Positions 50,445 through 62,272 of a stretch of 64,000 nucleotides of DNA are shown in pieces (position 1 is the stretch's first letter; every line of letters starts with the position of its first letter). The position numbers and the translations under genes are program-made. Under the pieces are notes generated by a model. It ran no database searches. It was not told the DNA's origin and was given only the letters and a program-made list of their open reading frames with translations. The stretch is taken from assembly GCA_043228905.1 (NCBI GenBank), contig JBHGNT010000004.1, forward strand, positions 25,544,001 through 25,608,000. The letters run 5' to 3'. Source of the DNA: Azolla caroliniana. Taxonomy: Eukaryota; Plantae; Polypodiophyta.

Positions 50445-53400
50445 TTACTTGTCCGTTGGTCCTCTCGGACCCTTACCGGCCTCCTTCTCCCCAGTTACCG
50501 GCTCGCCGTCTCTGCCGTCTTGGTGGTTGCCGTTTCCCTCACTAGTGTCGGTCCTTTGCTCAAATGGGTTCTTAGGCATCGGTCCTCTATATGGCTTCAA
50601 TCGGAATCCGTTGACCCATTTGCCTAGCACTTCGCCGGCAAGTGTCCCTAACTGGTGGGACCCATTATACTCCCGTGTTAGCCAATACGGTCCGGTCCAT
50701 CTAAACCGTAGTTTACCCGGCATCTTGCCCATCCGGGTCTGAAATACTAACACCGGTTTGCTGATTGCGAACATTTTTTCGGTTCCTTTCCTGTGCCAGT
50801 CGACAAATGCTTTCCATCGCCGTTGTTCCAATTCTAAGTGCAGGATGCTTGCCAGTCGTTGTTCCTCGAGTTCACACAGCGCTGTCAACCGTATTGCCTC
50901 CGACTCCTTCTCGTTCAGCCGTTCCCGTAGCTGGATCCGTAAGGTGGGTACTTGGAATTCCACCGGCATTACCGCCTCTAGTCCGAACGCTAACCGGAAC
51001 GGTGTTGTTCAGATGCTCGTTTTGTATGTCGTCCGGTATGCCCAAAGCGCGCTATGTAGCTTGGTATCCCAATCCGTTCGGTTTTCGTTGACGATCTTCC
51101 GGAGGATATTCTGGAGCGTCTTGTTCATTGATTCCGCTTCCCTCAGTATCAGTTCCTTTTCATCGTTGCGCACCGCCCGTCTCCATATGCCGTTCGCGCC
51201 CTTGTGGTAAAGTGTGTCTTGCAGTAAGCAGAGATGTCGGCTTTGCACCGCCAGGCGTTTCCGTTCGTCCCAGTTCATCTCTTCCGGAGGCAGTCCTGTG
51301 CTCAGAAACTGGTGCATATTTGTGAGCCACTTGTCTTCCTGTGCCACCGTCTCATCTGCTGCCGTCTCCGTAGTGACTCGAAACAGCTCTGCATCTGGAA
51401 ACTCATCCGCTACTCCGTTGCCCGTCTCTCCGGACTCTAATCGGCTTAAGTAATCCGCCACGACATGTTGTATACCGGGTCGGTAGAATATTTCAAACTC
51501 GAATTCCTGTAACAGTAAGGTCCACCGGGCCAATTTGCCGGTGAGTGACACTTTGGACACCAGGTAAAGGAGTGCCGAATGATCTACATGGAAGGAAAAC
51601 TTCCTTCCCAATAAATAATGCCGAAACTTTGTCACACTGTAGATCATCCCTAGAGCTTCCCGTTCCGTGGTAGAGTAGTTCCGTTCTGCTTGGGATAGCT
51701 TTCGGCTGGCATAGTACACTGGCCGGTACCACTTTGGCTCCGTAAGCTGCATCAGTACGCTTCTGATTGCGATGTCGGAGGCGTCCACGAACACGTGAAA
51801 TTCTTTACTCCAATCCGGAAGCTGCACTACCGGTGCCTGCGACAATAGTACCTTGAGGGCCCTATACGCCCTATCCTCGGTGTCGGTCCACTGGAATGGT
51901 GTCCGATGTACGGCGGCATGCAACGGTGTAGCCAGGTCGGCCAAGTATCGGAGCATCCGGCTATGCCACCGAATCTGGCCTAAGAACCGGCTTAATGCCT
52001 TTGCCGTTGCCGGCGCTGGTGCTTCTAATATGGCTTTCACTTTGTTCGGGTCAACTGCAATACCTTCCTGGCTCACAATATGTCCTAATAGAGTTCCACT
52101 GGACACGCCAAATACACATTTTGCCGGATTCAAGCTTACCCGGTACGCTCTACACTTTTCAAGACAAAGGCGGAGGTGCTGAAAATGGTCCTCCTCCCGG
52201 CTATAGACGGCGAAATCGTCAAGGAAAACCTGCATAAAAGCCGGAATATATTCACCAAAGATTTCCATGATGATTCGTTGAAATGTTGCCGGTGCCGTTT
52301 TGAGTCCGAACATCATCACCACGGCCACAAACACCCCCCATTCGGTGACGAAAGCCGTTTTCTCTTGTTCGTCGAGGTGCATCTGGATCTGATTATACCC
52401 GTTGAATCCGTCTAGGAAACTATAGACCTCATGGCCGGCGACGGCATCCAACACTCCATCTGTGAACGGAAGTGGAAACGCATCTGTTACCGTAGCTGCA
52501 TTGAGTTTCCGGTAGTCCACACAAACTCGAATTTTTCCATTCTTCTTCGGTACGACTACGATCGGGCTCAGCCATGTCGCTTTCTTTATCGGACGGATAA
52601 AGCCAACTCTTAGTAGTTTGTCGATTTCCTCCTTGACTTTGGCGGCATAATTGGGATTCATCTGGTACCGTCTTTGTGCCACTGGTTTTGTGTCCTTGCT
52701 CAAGTGCACCTGATGCTGGTATAACTGAGGGTCGAGTCCTCGCATGTCTTCGTATGACCAGGCGAACACATCGCGAAATTCCGTGAGAAGTGTGATCATC
52801 GTCGTTTTGTCTTCGGACTTCATCTCCTTGGCGATGTGCACCGGTTTTGCTTCGTCCGTGGTCCCTAGGTTCACCTCTTCCAGTTGCGACGCTTTTACGC
52901 GCTATGAAACGGCCATTTCCCGTTCCAACGCTTCCTGCGCTTGCCGTAACTCCCGGATTGCGTCTTTATCCAGTTCTGCTTCAGCCTCTTCCGGTTGCGG
53001 TAAGTATGGTGCTACTGCTTCGGCAATGTCAATTTCGAAGAGGGGTATGATCTTCGGGTTTTCCTGCAAGTACTGAGCTTCTTCTTCGTCAGCTAACCCT
53101 TCTAGCATGTTGACGCATTCCGCATACAACGGTGTACATTCCTTGCCAGTGCTCGTCCTTGGCTGTGTTGGTACCCGTACCTTGGCTTTTCCTCGCCGGA
53201 AGGTAATTATATTTTTCCTCCAATTCTGTTTGATATGTGCCGTTTTCAACCATGGTCGCCCCAGCAATAGCGGGTATGCGCCTTGTGCCTGTAATTGTAG
53301 CACTACTGCCGAGATGTGAAATGTATGACCGTCGACGGTGACTTCTAATTTCCGTATTAATCCTGTCGGCCGCACTGAACTTGTATCGGCCATCCGCAAC

Positions 53401-53915
53401 CAGAACGGACATGGCTCCCACTCGTGGATTCCTAGGGCATCACACGTCCGGAGGCTTATTACATTCAGCCCAGAGCCTCCGTCTATAACTGTGCCGGGGA
53501 GTTCTTTCCCTTTTACAATGGCAGTGATTACCGGACTGTTGGTGTCCACCACCGTTGGTCCCTCCTCCGGATTCGAGAAGAGTATCGGTGTCGGTGATGG
53601 TTCTCCTGTCGTCATAGCCGTCTTCAGTCCTTCCGTGAATCTTGGCACGAGTTGTAGGAGTCTTCCTAGCGGCAACGTAATCTGGCATTCTTGCAACGCC
53701 TGCCATGTCTCGTTCTCGGAGTGACTACCGCCGGCAAGCCCTACGGTGTTCTCCTTTTGCCGCTGTAAGTCTGTGACATTCTGCTCGTTTGCTTTCTTTA
53801 CCCATTCCGTTGCTTGTTTCCGGATGGTCTCCTGCGTCTCCCATTCCTTGGCCATGCCCTTCGACCTTGTGGTCACCTGCTGCAGATCTGCCACCTCAAG
53901 GACTACCATATTTAC
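50445..53915 (-). pseudogene. pol: Ty3/gypsy pol (protease-RT-RNase H-integrase), single frame with two nonsense codons and an integrase deletion
   Basis: Protease VIDGGSGLNVI. RT WLSPIVVVPKK, RVCVDYRKLN, FLDGFNGYNQI, FGLKTAPATFQR, VFLDDF. RH VFVDASD, NYSTTEREAL, VDHSAL, VADYLSR. INT C-terminus ALWAYRT and RWTGPY. In-frame TAG at 52904-52902 and TGA at 51011-51009. Confidence 0.93.
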
Positions 53916-53918
53916 CGC

Positions 53919-56900
53919 CGAAAGGAAGGAATTCGGCGAGAATTCACTTGCCGACACACTCCGCAACAAAATAGAGTAGCCGAGCGCAAAAATTGTCACA
54001 TCCTCGAAGTAGCGTGGGCCATGATGAACGAGAAGCATATGCCCAAGTCATATTGGGCCGAAGCTGCAAATACGGCCATCTACCTAATGAACTGGTGCAC
54101 AACATCCGGAGTGCACGAGGTCACTCCACACGAAAAATACTTTGGAAAGAAGCCGGACTTATCACACGCCCGGATATTCGGCGTGATAGCGTACATGCAC
54201 ATCCCCGACGAGAAGCGTCAAAAGCTTGACCCGAAGTCGGAGAAATGTATCCTCGTAGGATACTCATTGGAGCAAAAAGGGTACAAGTGCTACAACCCCT
54301 CAACTTCGGAAAGAAGCCGGACTTATCACACACCCGACGAGATAGCGTCAAAAGCTTGACCCGAAGTCGGAGAAATGTATCCTCGTAGGATACTCATTGG
54401 AGCAAAAAGGGTACAAGTGCTACAACCCCTCAACTTCGGAAAGAAGCCGGACTTATCACACACCCGAGACGTCGTTTTTGACAAGTCTGCATCCTGGTAC
54501 GCACCAGAGACAACTTTGACTCCGACTCTGCTTGACCCGGAATCCACCGAACAAGAGATAGAGGATGAAGATCGCCTTACGCGCAGGTTCGAAGAAAGTC
54601 CGATCACGACCCGACTGAGCAGACCACAAGAGCCTTTGAGCGATCAAAGCACATCACGGCCTAGCCCGAAGATGGACAAAGGCAAGGCGAAAATGTCAGA
54701 ATACGAAGATGATCGATTTGACGACGATGAGTCGACTCACTCACTCGATAGTGAGTTCGGCGGCTTCGATGTACCAATCAGAGCTAAGAAAGCCCTCATC
54801 TCTACAAATGAAAAGCTCTGTCGCTCCACCCGTGAAAAGAATCTGATCAGCCGATTCGGCTACAGTGACTACATGGCATATCACTATGCCTTTATGATGA
54901 AGGTGGCGACAATACGCGAGCCAGAAACATTTTCCGAAGCAGCCAAGGATCCGCGATGGATCGAAGCCATGAACGAGGAGATGCAGGCACTACGCAAGAA
55001 CGAGACGTGGGATCTCGTTCCCACCTCACCACACAAAAAGGCGATCGGATGCAGATGGATTTCCAAAGTGAAGTACAACGCCGACGGTTCCGTCAACCGC
55101 TACAAAGCGCGACTCGTAGCGAAAGGCTACGCACAAACGCACGGAGTTGACTACAAAGAGACCTTTGCCCCGGTGGCAAAGATGATGACGGTACGGACTG
55201 TAATTGCGCTTGTCACGGCGAAAGGGTGGCACCTCCATAAAATGGACGTCAAGAACGCCTTTCTACAAGGCAAATTAGAAGAGGAGGTGTACATGATACA
55301 ACCACCCGGCTTCAACTCGAGCACCCATCCGAAAGTTGTATGCCGACTCAACAAGCCACTCTATGGCCTCAAGCAAGCACCGCGTGCTTGGCATTCGAAG
55401 ATAACGCAATATCTTCATCAAATCAGCTTCCGTATGTCAAAATCGGACAACTCCCTCTACATACGAAGCGATTCCGCAAGTCTGATCGTCATCATCATAT
55501 ATGTGGATGACCTAGTCATTGGAGGTGAGCATCTCGTCGAAATCAATAAGGTCAAATCCCTCCTTTCCAACAAGTTCGAGATGACGGACATGAAGGAGCT
55601 CCACTACTTCCTCGACATCGAGGTAATTCAGACTCCGGCCGGAATCATGATCTCTCAACGACACTACGTCCTCAACTTGGTATACAAGTTTGGTATGGAT
55701 GAGTGCAAATCCGCGGCAACCCCGCTCGATCGCATTCTCAAACTAGATGCGAACTCCGGCACCAAAGCGTGTGAGACAACTCAGTATCGGCAACTCATCA
55801 GGAGTCTCATCTACCTCACGATCACTCGACCCGATCTCAGTTATCCGGTCAGTCTCCTTAGTCAATTCATGCAAACACCGCGTGATACTCACTTGGATTG
55901 TGCTAAGCGAGTTCTACGATACGTGAGCGGCACAATGGATTGTGGCATCCTCTACAAGACTGCGATGCCAATACGACTTGAGGGGTACACAGACGCCGAT
56001 TGGACCGGCTACAAAGCCGATAGAAGATCAACCTCTGGATTTGTTTTTTCCCCTCGGTAGTGGAGCAATATCCTAGAGCAGCAAAAAGCAACCCATCGTC
56101 GCTCTCTCGAGCATAGAGGCGGAATACAGGGGCGCAGTAGTCGCCGCATGTGAAGCCGTATGGCTCAAAAGGATACTCAAGGATCTGGGCGTACCCATCA
56201 AAGATCTAACTTCCCTTTACTGTGACAACATGAGCTGTATCTATCTGGCTCGGAACCCGGTGTTCCACCCACGGACAAAGCACATCGAAATGCACTATCA
56301 CTTCATCTGAGAGCACGTTCTAGCTGGCGATGTCGACCTACAACACATTAGCACAAACCTTCAAATGGTCGACATCTTCACTAAAGCCTTAGGAGCCGAC
56401 AAGCTATGGCAATTCATGAACGATCTCGGATTGACGATCCCTAACCTGCCAATGAGGGGGAGTACTGAAGACACTACGCAATAACGCGTGGATTCCGCAC
56501 GAAGCCGCGAAGAGCCGATCTACCGCGCAAAGCCACGAAGAAAGACGCAAGCCGAAGCATAGACTTCGCAACTATGCACAACGCAAGTTGGAGCACGGAT
56601 TCCGCAACTCCGCATAAATGCGAGTCAACGCGGACTCTGGAACGCGAGTCGAAGCGGATTTCGGATACCGTCTGAAACCGACCCGACTTGAGCTTGAGGG
56701 GGCGTGTTGAGAATCAAGCTCAACTTGGTCTAGTGTGTGAACTCACCTTGAGAGTGAATAGACTCTCCAACGGTCAAGAGTCACCATTATGTCACCACTT
56801 GTATTCTAGCATTTTGTATAAGTCATATAATCATATTCTATGACACATAACTTATGAGCTTTCACATTCCCCATGCTCCATGAGTCTTGTAGTTAATGAA

Positions 56901-57057
56901 AAGAGAGGGTGACTATATAAAGCACCCTCCTCCCACCTTGTATAATGTTGAGTCTTTCTCCTTTGTTAATATACTTTACCTTGCATATTCTCTGTGTCTT
57001 ACTCCTTGTCTCTCACTCTCTCTTTCTCATACACACACAGTTCATATCTATTCAACA
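53919..57057 (+). mobile_element. 5'-truncated Ty1/copia retrotransposon (copia C): integrase C-half, RT, RNase H, PPT, 3' LTR
   Basis: GIRREFTCRHTPQQNRVAERKN, YWAEAANTA, KARLVAKGYAQ, MDVKNAFL, LYGLKQAPRAW, IYVDDL, YTDADW, TKHIEMHYHF. PPT TTGAGGGGGCG at 56694-56704 and LTR 56705-57057. Confidence 0.92.
56705..57057 (+). repeat. 3' LTR of copia C
   Basis: TGTTGAG…TCAACA directly after the PPT. Homologous to solo LTR 25529-25922 but lacks about 35-40 bp near its 3' end. Confidence 0.88.
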
Positions 57058-58950
57058 GCTGGTTTGAAACTTTATTTGGATAGGAAGAAGTGTGAAGGTA
57101 GCTTGGTTGACACGTACGACACAATTTTCTGATGGTGGTTTAAGGTTGGTAGTCAATGTAAGGCTCTTCTGGCAAAATTTGTTATTAGGTCTATGTTGCC
57201 TACTCAAGGTATATGGTCTGAGTTGCATTTTAAATTGTTTGGTTGATATTAAACCGTCTACTAGTGGTTTTTGGAAACCATCTCTAAGATGGGCATTCTT
57301 GTCAAATTTTAAGACGAGACAGATACATGGTCTGAAAGATGATTTTATGGTTGGCATTTGTAAAGCGTGGGATGTTGTTAAGTTTTTGTTTATTCGTAGA
57401 TGCACATCTTCAAATGAAGAACTGTTGCGGCAACCTTTGATTTGGAATTTTATTTTTTTTGATGGGAGGGGTGTATTGCTTGGAAGTAGACCGCGATTAC
57501 AGTGGGCTAAGTTGGATAATGGTATAGTTGCCACGGTAGCCTCTGGGGGAAATTTTGTTTGTCATCTTAATAATTCTCAGCTTGATGCTACCATGTGTAA
57601 GGTTTTTAGAGCCGTGTTTGATGTTATTCAGTTATTTTTAGGGAATTTTCTCTCTAATTGGTCACCTTCTTTTGTGCATGTTTGAAATTTGGAAATTTTG
57701 CTCTGGTTGGTATTATGATAGGAGTAAAAGGAACAACGTCTCAAGGAGACTATTACTATTTTGATGTATCTGAGGAAGGAAGATTATGGCAAACTGATGT
57801 GGAGTCGTCAATTTTGCAAACGGCATTGCAACATTCGATGAGAGTGATTGGTAAATCTGGTAAAAGGTAGATTTTAGATCCTTCTCCTTCTGATAGTATG
57901 TTATTTTGCCAATTATGGGTATTTAAAAAAAAATCGTTGTTGGACTTGCATTGGGATCCATCAGATTATCTTGGAAACATAAAAGTCCTTCGTCTCATAC
58001 TAAATTTATTCAGTTTTTCAATATTCTGTGAAGTTGGGGCGAAATTTGCTCTTAGTAGGAAATTGCATCTGGCATCCGCTATGAAAGTGTGGTTGGCGAA
58101 TGGGGCCTCTTCAATGGATGCATCTAAATATTGGAAGTGTTTATGGAGTATGCAGATTCCCAAGAAGATTGTACTTTTTCACTGGTTAATGATCCATTAT
58201 GCACTACCGGTTCCGACTTGGTTGCGACAACTAAATAATAAGTCGTGTGGATTTGGTTGTGGATGTATGATGGAATCAATTAAGCATGTATTGTAGTCTT
58301 GTCCTAAAATTATGCAAGTATGGAAGAGAGTATTAAGGTTGTTGATATTGATACATGTTAATTGTGTGATCACTTGGGGTGTGGTCAGGTGGGGCATTCT
58401 AGAGGGACAACTGTTATATGAAAAGGAGGATGTAGTGGAAGCCTTTCACATAGTTCCTCCACATATACAAATGGTTCAACCTTTTCTAATTGATAGTTTG
58501 CAATTTAGGGATGATATTAACAATCGGCAACGGTTCGGTTCAGTTCGAGAGTGTCCAAACCGTTTAAAAATCTTGAAACCTAAACCGAACCGTTTGGTAA
58601 ATATCCAAACCGTTAATCCATTAAACTGCTAAAACCGTGGTTTCGTGGTTCGGTTTCGGTTTTCAACTTGAGTCAAAATTAAATTTTTAGTTTTTATTTT
58701 TTATTTTTTATTTTTATTTTCGATTTTTTATTTTTCAAAATTTTAAAGATTTTTCCTAAAATGTGAGAATTAGGCTTAAAAATAAAAAGGTTGTTTTATT
58801 TTATTTTATTTAAATTTAAAATGTTTTAAAAATAAAAAAACCATCAAACTATTTAAACCGTTAAGCCGTAGTTTCGTGGTCCGGTTCAATTTGGAACCGA
58901 ACCGTTGGCGATTGTTAGATGATATTATTTGGAAGACAATTATTCAAATT
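57058..58950 (+). mobile_element. Degenerate LINE (L1-like) ORF2 3' region with zf-RVT
   Basis: WKCLWSMQIPKKIVLFHWLMIHYALPV…CGFGC…ESIKHVL*SCPKIMQVWKRV. Multiple stops and frameshifts. The frame resumes across the MITE (…FRDDI|IWKTII). Confidence 0.75.
58518..58917. mobile_element. hAT-type MITE, copy 2, inserted in the LINE
   Basis: TIRs TAACAATCGGCAACGGTTCGGTTC / GAACCGAACCGTTGGCGATTGTTA and a perfect 8-bp TSD GATGATAT (58510-58517 and 58918-58925). Confidence 0.88.
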
Positions 58951-59277
58951 TCATATAAAGACATGACTACTTCTTAATACTAAACGTCATCCTATGGCTC
59001 ATGAGTACACTTTTGAAGTTCACTACATTTTTATATTTCTTGTAAGAATCTGTATTTTAATTTCATTTCTTTGTTTGACTTAAGAAAGTTAATCAACGTT
59101 TTTGTTCTTATGTGGCATCCATCACAAGGAATTGCCTTGATTCCCAATAGCTACCAATATATGATTACTATTTATTTTGTAGTTGAACAAGTGTGAGTAT
59201 TGAAGACATGGACCCCAAGGGCATGGAAATGAAACCAATGCCATAGTGTTCCTTGTCGACCGTGGTGTTACCTTTGG

Positions 59278-59665
59278 ACCATGATGGCATGATTATATGA
59301 TCACCATTGAATAAGCAAGGGACAAAAAAATGGACACGCTACAAAGACCACGCTCCCAAAGAAGTAAAACTTGTGTATGTTGGTGTGCTTGTCAAAATAG
59401 GTTCTCAATAGATAAGAAAGCATTCCTCATTATTTATATACGTGATTCATTCATTTTCATTTATAGCACCATGATGGCGTGATGATATGATCACAATTGA
59501 ATAAGCAAGGGACACAAAAAAAGGACATGCTACAAAGACCTTGCTCCCACAAAAGTAAAACTTGCATGTGTTGGTGTGCTGGTCAAAATAGGTTCTCAAT
59601 ATGTACATAAGAAAACATTCTTCGTGATTTATATACTTGCTGATTCATTCATTTCCATTCATAGC
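59278..59665. repeat. Imperfect tandem duplication, about 190-bp period
   Basis: accatgatggc…tgatcac…gaataagcaagggaca…gtcaaaataggttctcaata…tgattcattcattt at 59278 and 59468. Confidence 0.85.
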
Positions 59666-60678
59666 AGATGTCTAGATTTATAATACCTTATCCAACATTT
59701 CCTCCACTCTCCTTTTTTTTAATGGAAGATGATATTCACTTCACATCTTAGTAACTTCTATATTTATTAAAAATATATCTCACATGCCTCTTTTTACATA
59801 TGCATATCCTTGCTATGATCAAGCTTTGTTGTTCACTTTACTCACACAAGGTGGAGACATATCAGTGTTTTACGTTATTGGTTTGTGATAAAATTTTGGA
59901 AGGGGGTGTTAACCATTCATGGGTCTAGGTTTCTTTCATAATGTGAGAGACAACGAAGTATTAGAGATATGGGCAATCAAATGCATACTACATAGTAAAT
60001 TATGATAGAGCTCCCAAGTCTCCTAACGATGTGTAACATTATTTTATTGAGACATGTGCTAGATGTGGCCCTTATAATATAGTGTGCATGCCCATGCATA
60101 AGCATGCACATATACACATCAAAAATTTGAGGAGACAAAGATTGATGAAGGTGCGAACTTTCATGCAAATCCACTCACAATCGTAAATAACTCATGCCCA
60201 AATATGTTCATTGTATCGTTGTAAATAACCTAGTACCATTTGATGCATGTAAACATTTATACATAGTTTGGGGCTATGGGATGTATGATCATACACATGA
60301 GCCTTCATTGAGAGACACCATAAGAATATTTCTTTGATCATTCGCATTTGGAACGTGGGCTCCTCACCCCTCCTTTGACATCCTAACGTACACAAGTTCA
60401 AAATCTCGAATTGATATGGCACCAAAGAGAATCCAACTTTTTGTTGTTTACCTTTTCTTTCCAATGTCATTGTTATTGTCAAGAAAATGGTAGTGTTTAC
60501 AAGGCGCCTTGCATGACGTTGTGTCTTTGTTCATATATTTGCATCTCTATGGATCTACACATACATGTCTAAACAACATGGAGCGGTATAGCATATGGGC
60601 GCACATATACATTCAAAACTATTTGTATACAATGAATAGTATCTGGCCCATGTTTTTTTTGTGTGCTGTGGATGAACA

Positions 60679-61285
60679 AGTCAAGAGAAACCCTCTCCTG
60701 AATGGAAGCATGAGATAAGGGGATAATCATTGATCCATACAAAAACGTTGTTCAAATTGATGACATAAGTCACCAAGTCACCAAAATGTCCTATTCATTA
60801 AGACATAGTCTCACGAGATCAAGGGCTCAAACCAAGAGGCATAGATCATATCATCGATCACATGGAGCACACCGGCGAATGAGTTATTCGAATCACAAAG
60901 AAATGTGAATTCATCTTTGGCATGAGTGGGGTGTGGTTGATGAGGCAAACAGTATTTGACCTTGAAACCATCGATATATTGGACTTTTTCCGGTTATTTG
61001 TGGGGTCTAGCAATTTTGCGATGTAACCTTGTCAGGATTCATTTACTAGACACGCCAGTTTTGATTTTATCGCATTCCATATCTTCGAATCCGAGAGCGA
61101 ATGACCCGAGCGGTCATTCGCAATTCCAAACATATGAAAAGGAAGTGGAAAGAGGAAGGGGGGTGGGGGGTGGGTTCTCCAATGCTTTTGACTCTGTCTC
61201 CTTTCCCCTACTGTCCCCTGCCCCTTTCTTCCTACCTTCCGTTTTTTCTGGTTGACTCATTAGCTCAATTCTCTTGCTTATAAAG
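60679..61285 (+). promoter_or_regulatory. W-box-rich promoter and TATA box of the VQ gene
   Basis: TTGACY at 60679 (reverse), 60956, 61188 and 61252, an inverted TGACC pair at 61097-61121, and TATAAAG at about 61279. Confidence 0.6.
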
Positions 61286-61366
61286 AGAGAACCTCCAGAG
61301 CACCACAACAAGAGTATAGAAACAGAGCAGCAGCAGCAATCGATCTCTTATGCAGCTCTGTGTGTA

Positions 61367-62272
61367 ATGAATCAGCCTCTGCCCATGAATTCTGGATCTG
61401 AAACAGAGTATTGGTCCTGGAATGAAGAGAATCATATGCTAAGCATGGCTCTGACCACCCATACTTTGGTCCCCAATCCTGGTGTGAATGACCCTCTCCT
61501 CACGACCTTTCATCCCGACAACTACGCTTTCCATGGTACTCTTTGTCCGGACAAGCCCCCGAGAACTGTCCAGGAGAACGGCCCTCCGAGATCCCCTTCG
61601 CCTCAAGCAACTCCTCCTCTCGTTCCCGAAACTGACCTCCATCTACCCTCCCAAAGATCGATATGTAGAGCTTTGTCCGGACAAATTGCCAAACGATGCC
61701 GTCGGGGGCCCAAGCATAAGGCACCCATCGCATTTCTCTCTACAGATGTATCGAATTTTAGAGATATGGTGCAACAATTGACAGGAATCGCGTCGTCATC
61801 ATCGTCCCAGACTTGTTCGGTTAGCGATAATAGTTCTATTGGCGTGGACAATACTAGTCGTAGTGCAGTGCCCGTGTTTCGACCCCATCCAACTCGACCA
61901 CTTTGCAATGACACTATCCATTTGGCCTCACTTGTTGACACTTCCAAATCTTTGCTTCGGCCTAGACCTTATAATGTTGCCGATTATCCCCGCCCATTTG
62001 ACTTCCCTAATCAACCCAATTTGGATGAAGGTTTTCGTGGTACTATTGGCCAAGACATGAACATCAGAGCTATGAACCAACACGATTGTTTTAATGGATC
62101 TATATTGAGACATTTTAACCATCGAATGAACCAAAGTGATGGGCCATTGCCACCATCGACATCATTGCTAGAGTTACGAAACCCCATAGTAGATAATAAT
62201 GCACTTCAAGAAACTAACCCCATGAGCATAGAAGATCTACAAAAGATGATTGATGAGCTTTTCGCCACGTGA
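61367..62272 (+). CDS. VQ-motif protein (WRKY-interacting family), intronless, about 301 aa
   Basis: RCRRGPKHKAPIAFLSTDVSNFRDMVQQLTG matches the FxxxVQxLTG motif. The first ATG downstream of the TATA is 61367. The track start at 61274 is a TTG overlapping the TATA region. Confidence 0.88.
   Translation: MNQPLPMNSGSETEYWSWNEENHMLSMALTTHTLVPNPGVNDPLLTTFHPDNYAFHGTLCPDKPPRTVQENGPPRSPSPQATPPLVPETDLHLPSQRSICRALSGQIAKRCRRGPKHKAPIAFLSTDVSNFRDMVQQLTGIASSSSSQTCSVSDNSSIGVDNTSRSAVPVFRPHPTRPLCNDTIHLASLVDTSKSLLRPRPYNVADYPRPFDFPNQPNLDEGFRGTIGQDMNIRAMNQHDCFNGSILRHFNHRMNQSDGPLPPSTSLLELRNPIVDNNALQETNPMSIEDLQKMIDELFAT

Larger units (their letters stand above)
46823..53918 (-). mobile_element. 5'-truncated non-chromoviral Ty3/gypsy retrotransposon (Athila/Phygy/Selgy-like organisation) with an extra 3' ORF
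   Basis: Minus-strand order PR-RT-RH-INT, extra ORF, 3' LTR. No chromodomain and no additional archaeal-type RNase H is evident. gag and the 5' LTR are missing. Confidence 0.9.

Noticed and set aside
47241-54000. Numerous plus-strand ORFs over the gypsy element
   Set aside because: Antisense shadows of GC-rich coding sequence with no recognisable motifs.
53920-54038. N-terminal part of track ORF 52902-54038 as gypsy gag
   Set aside because: It is the antisense of the copia integrase beyond the fusion junction.
28406-58917. Composite transposon carrying the PPR and TLP genes between inverted MITEs
   Set aside because: Each MITE has its own distinct TSD and the outer flanks do not match.
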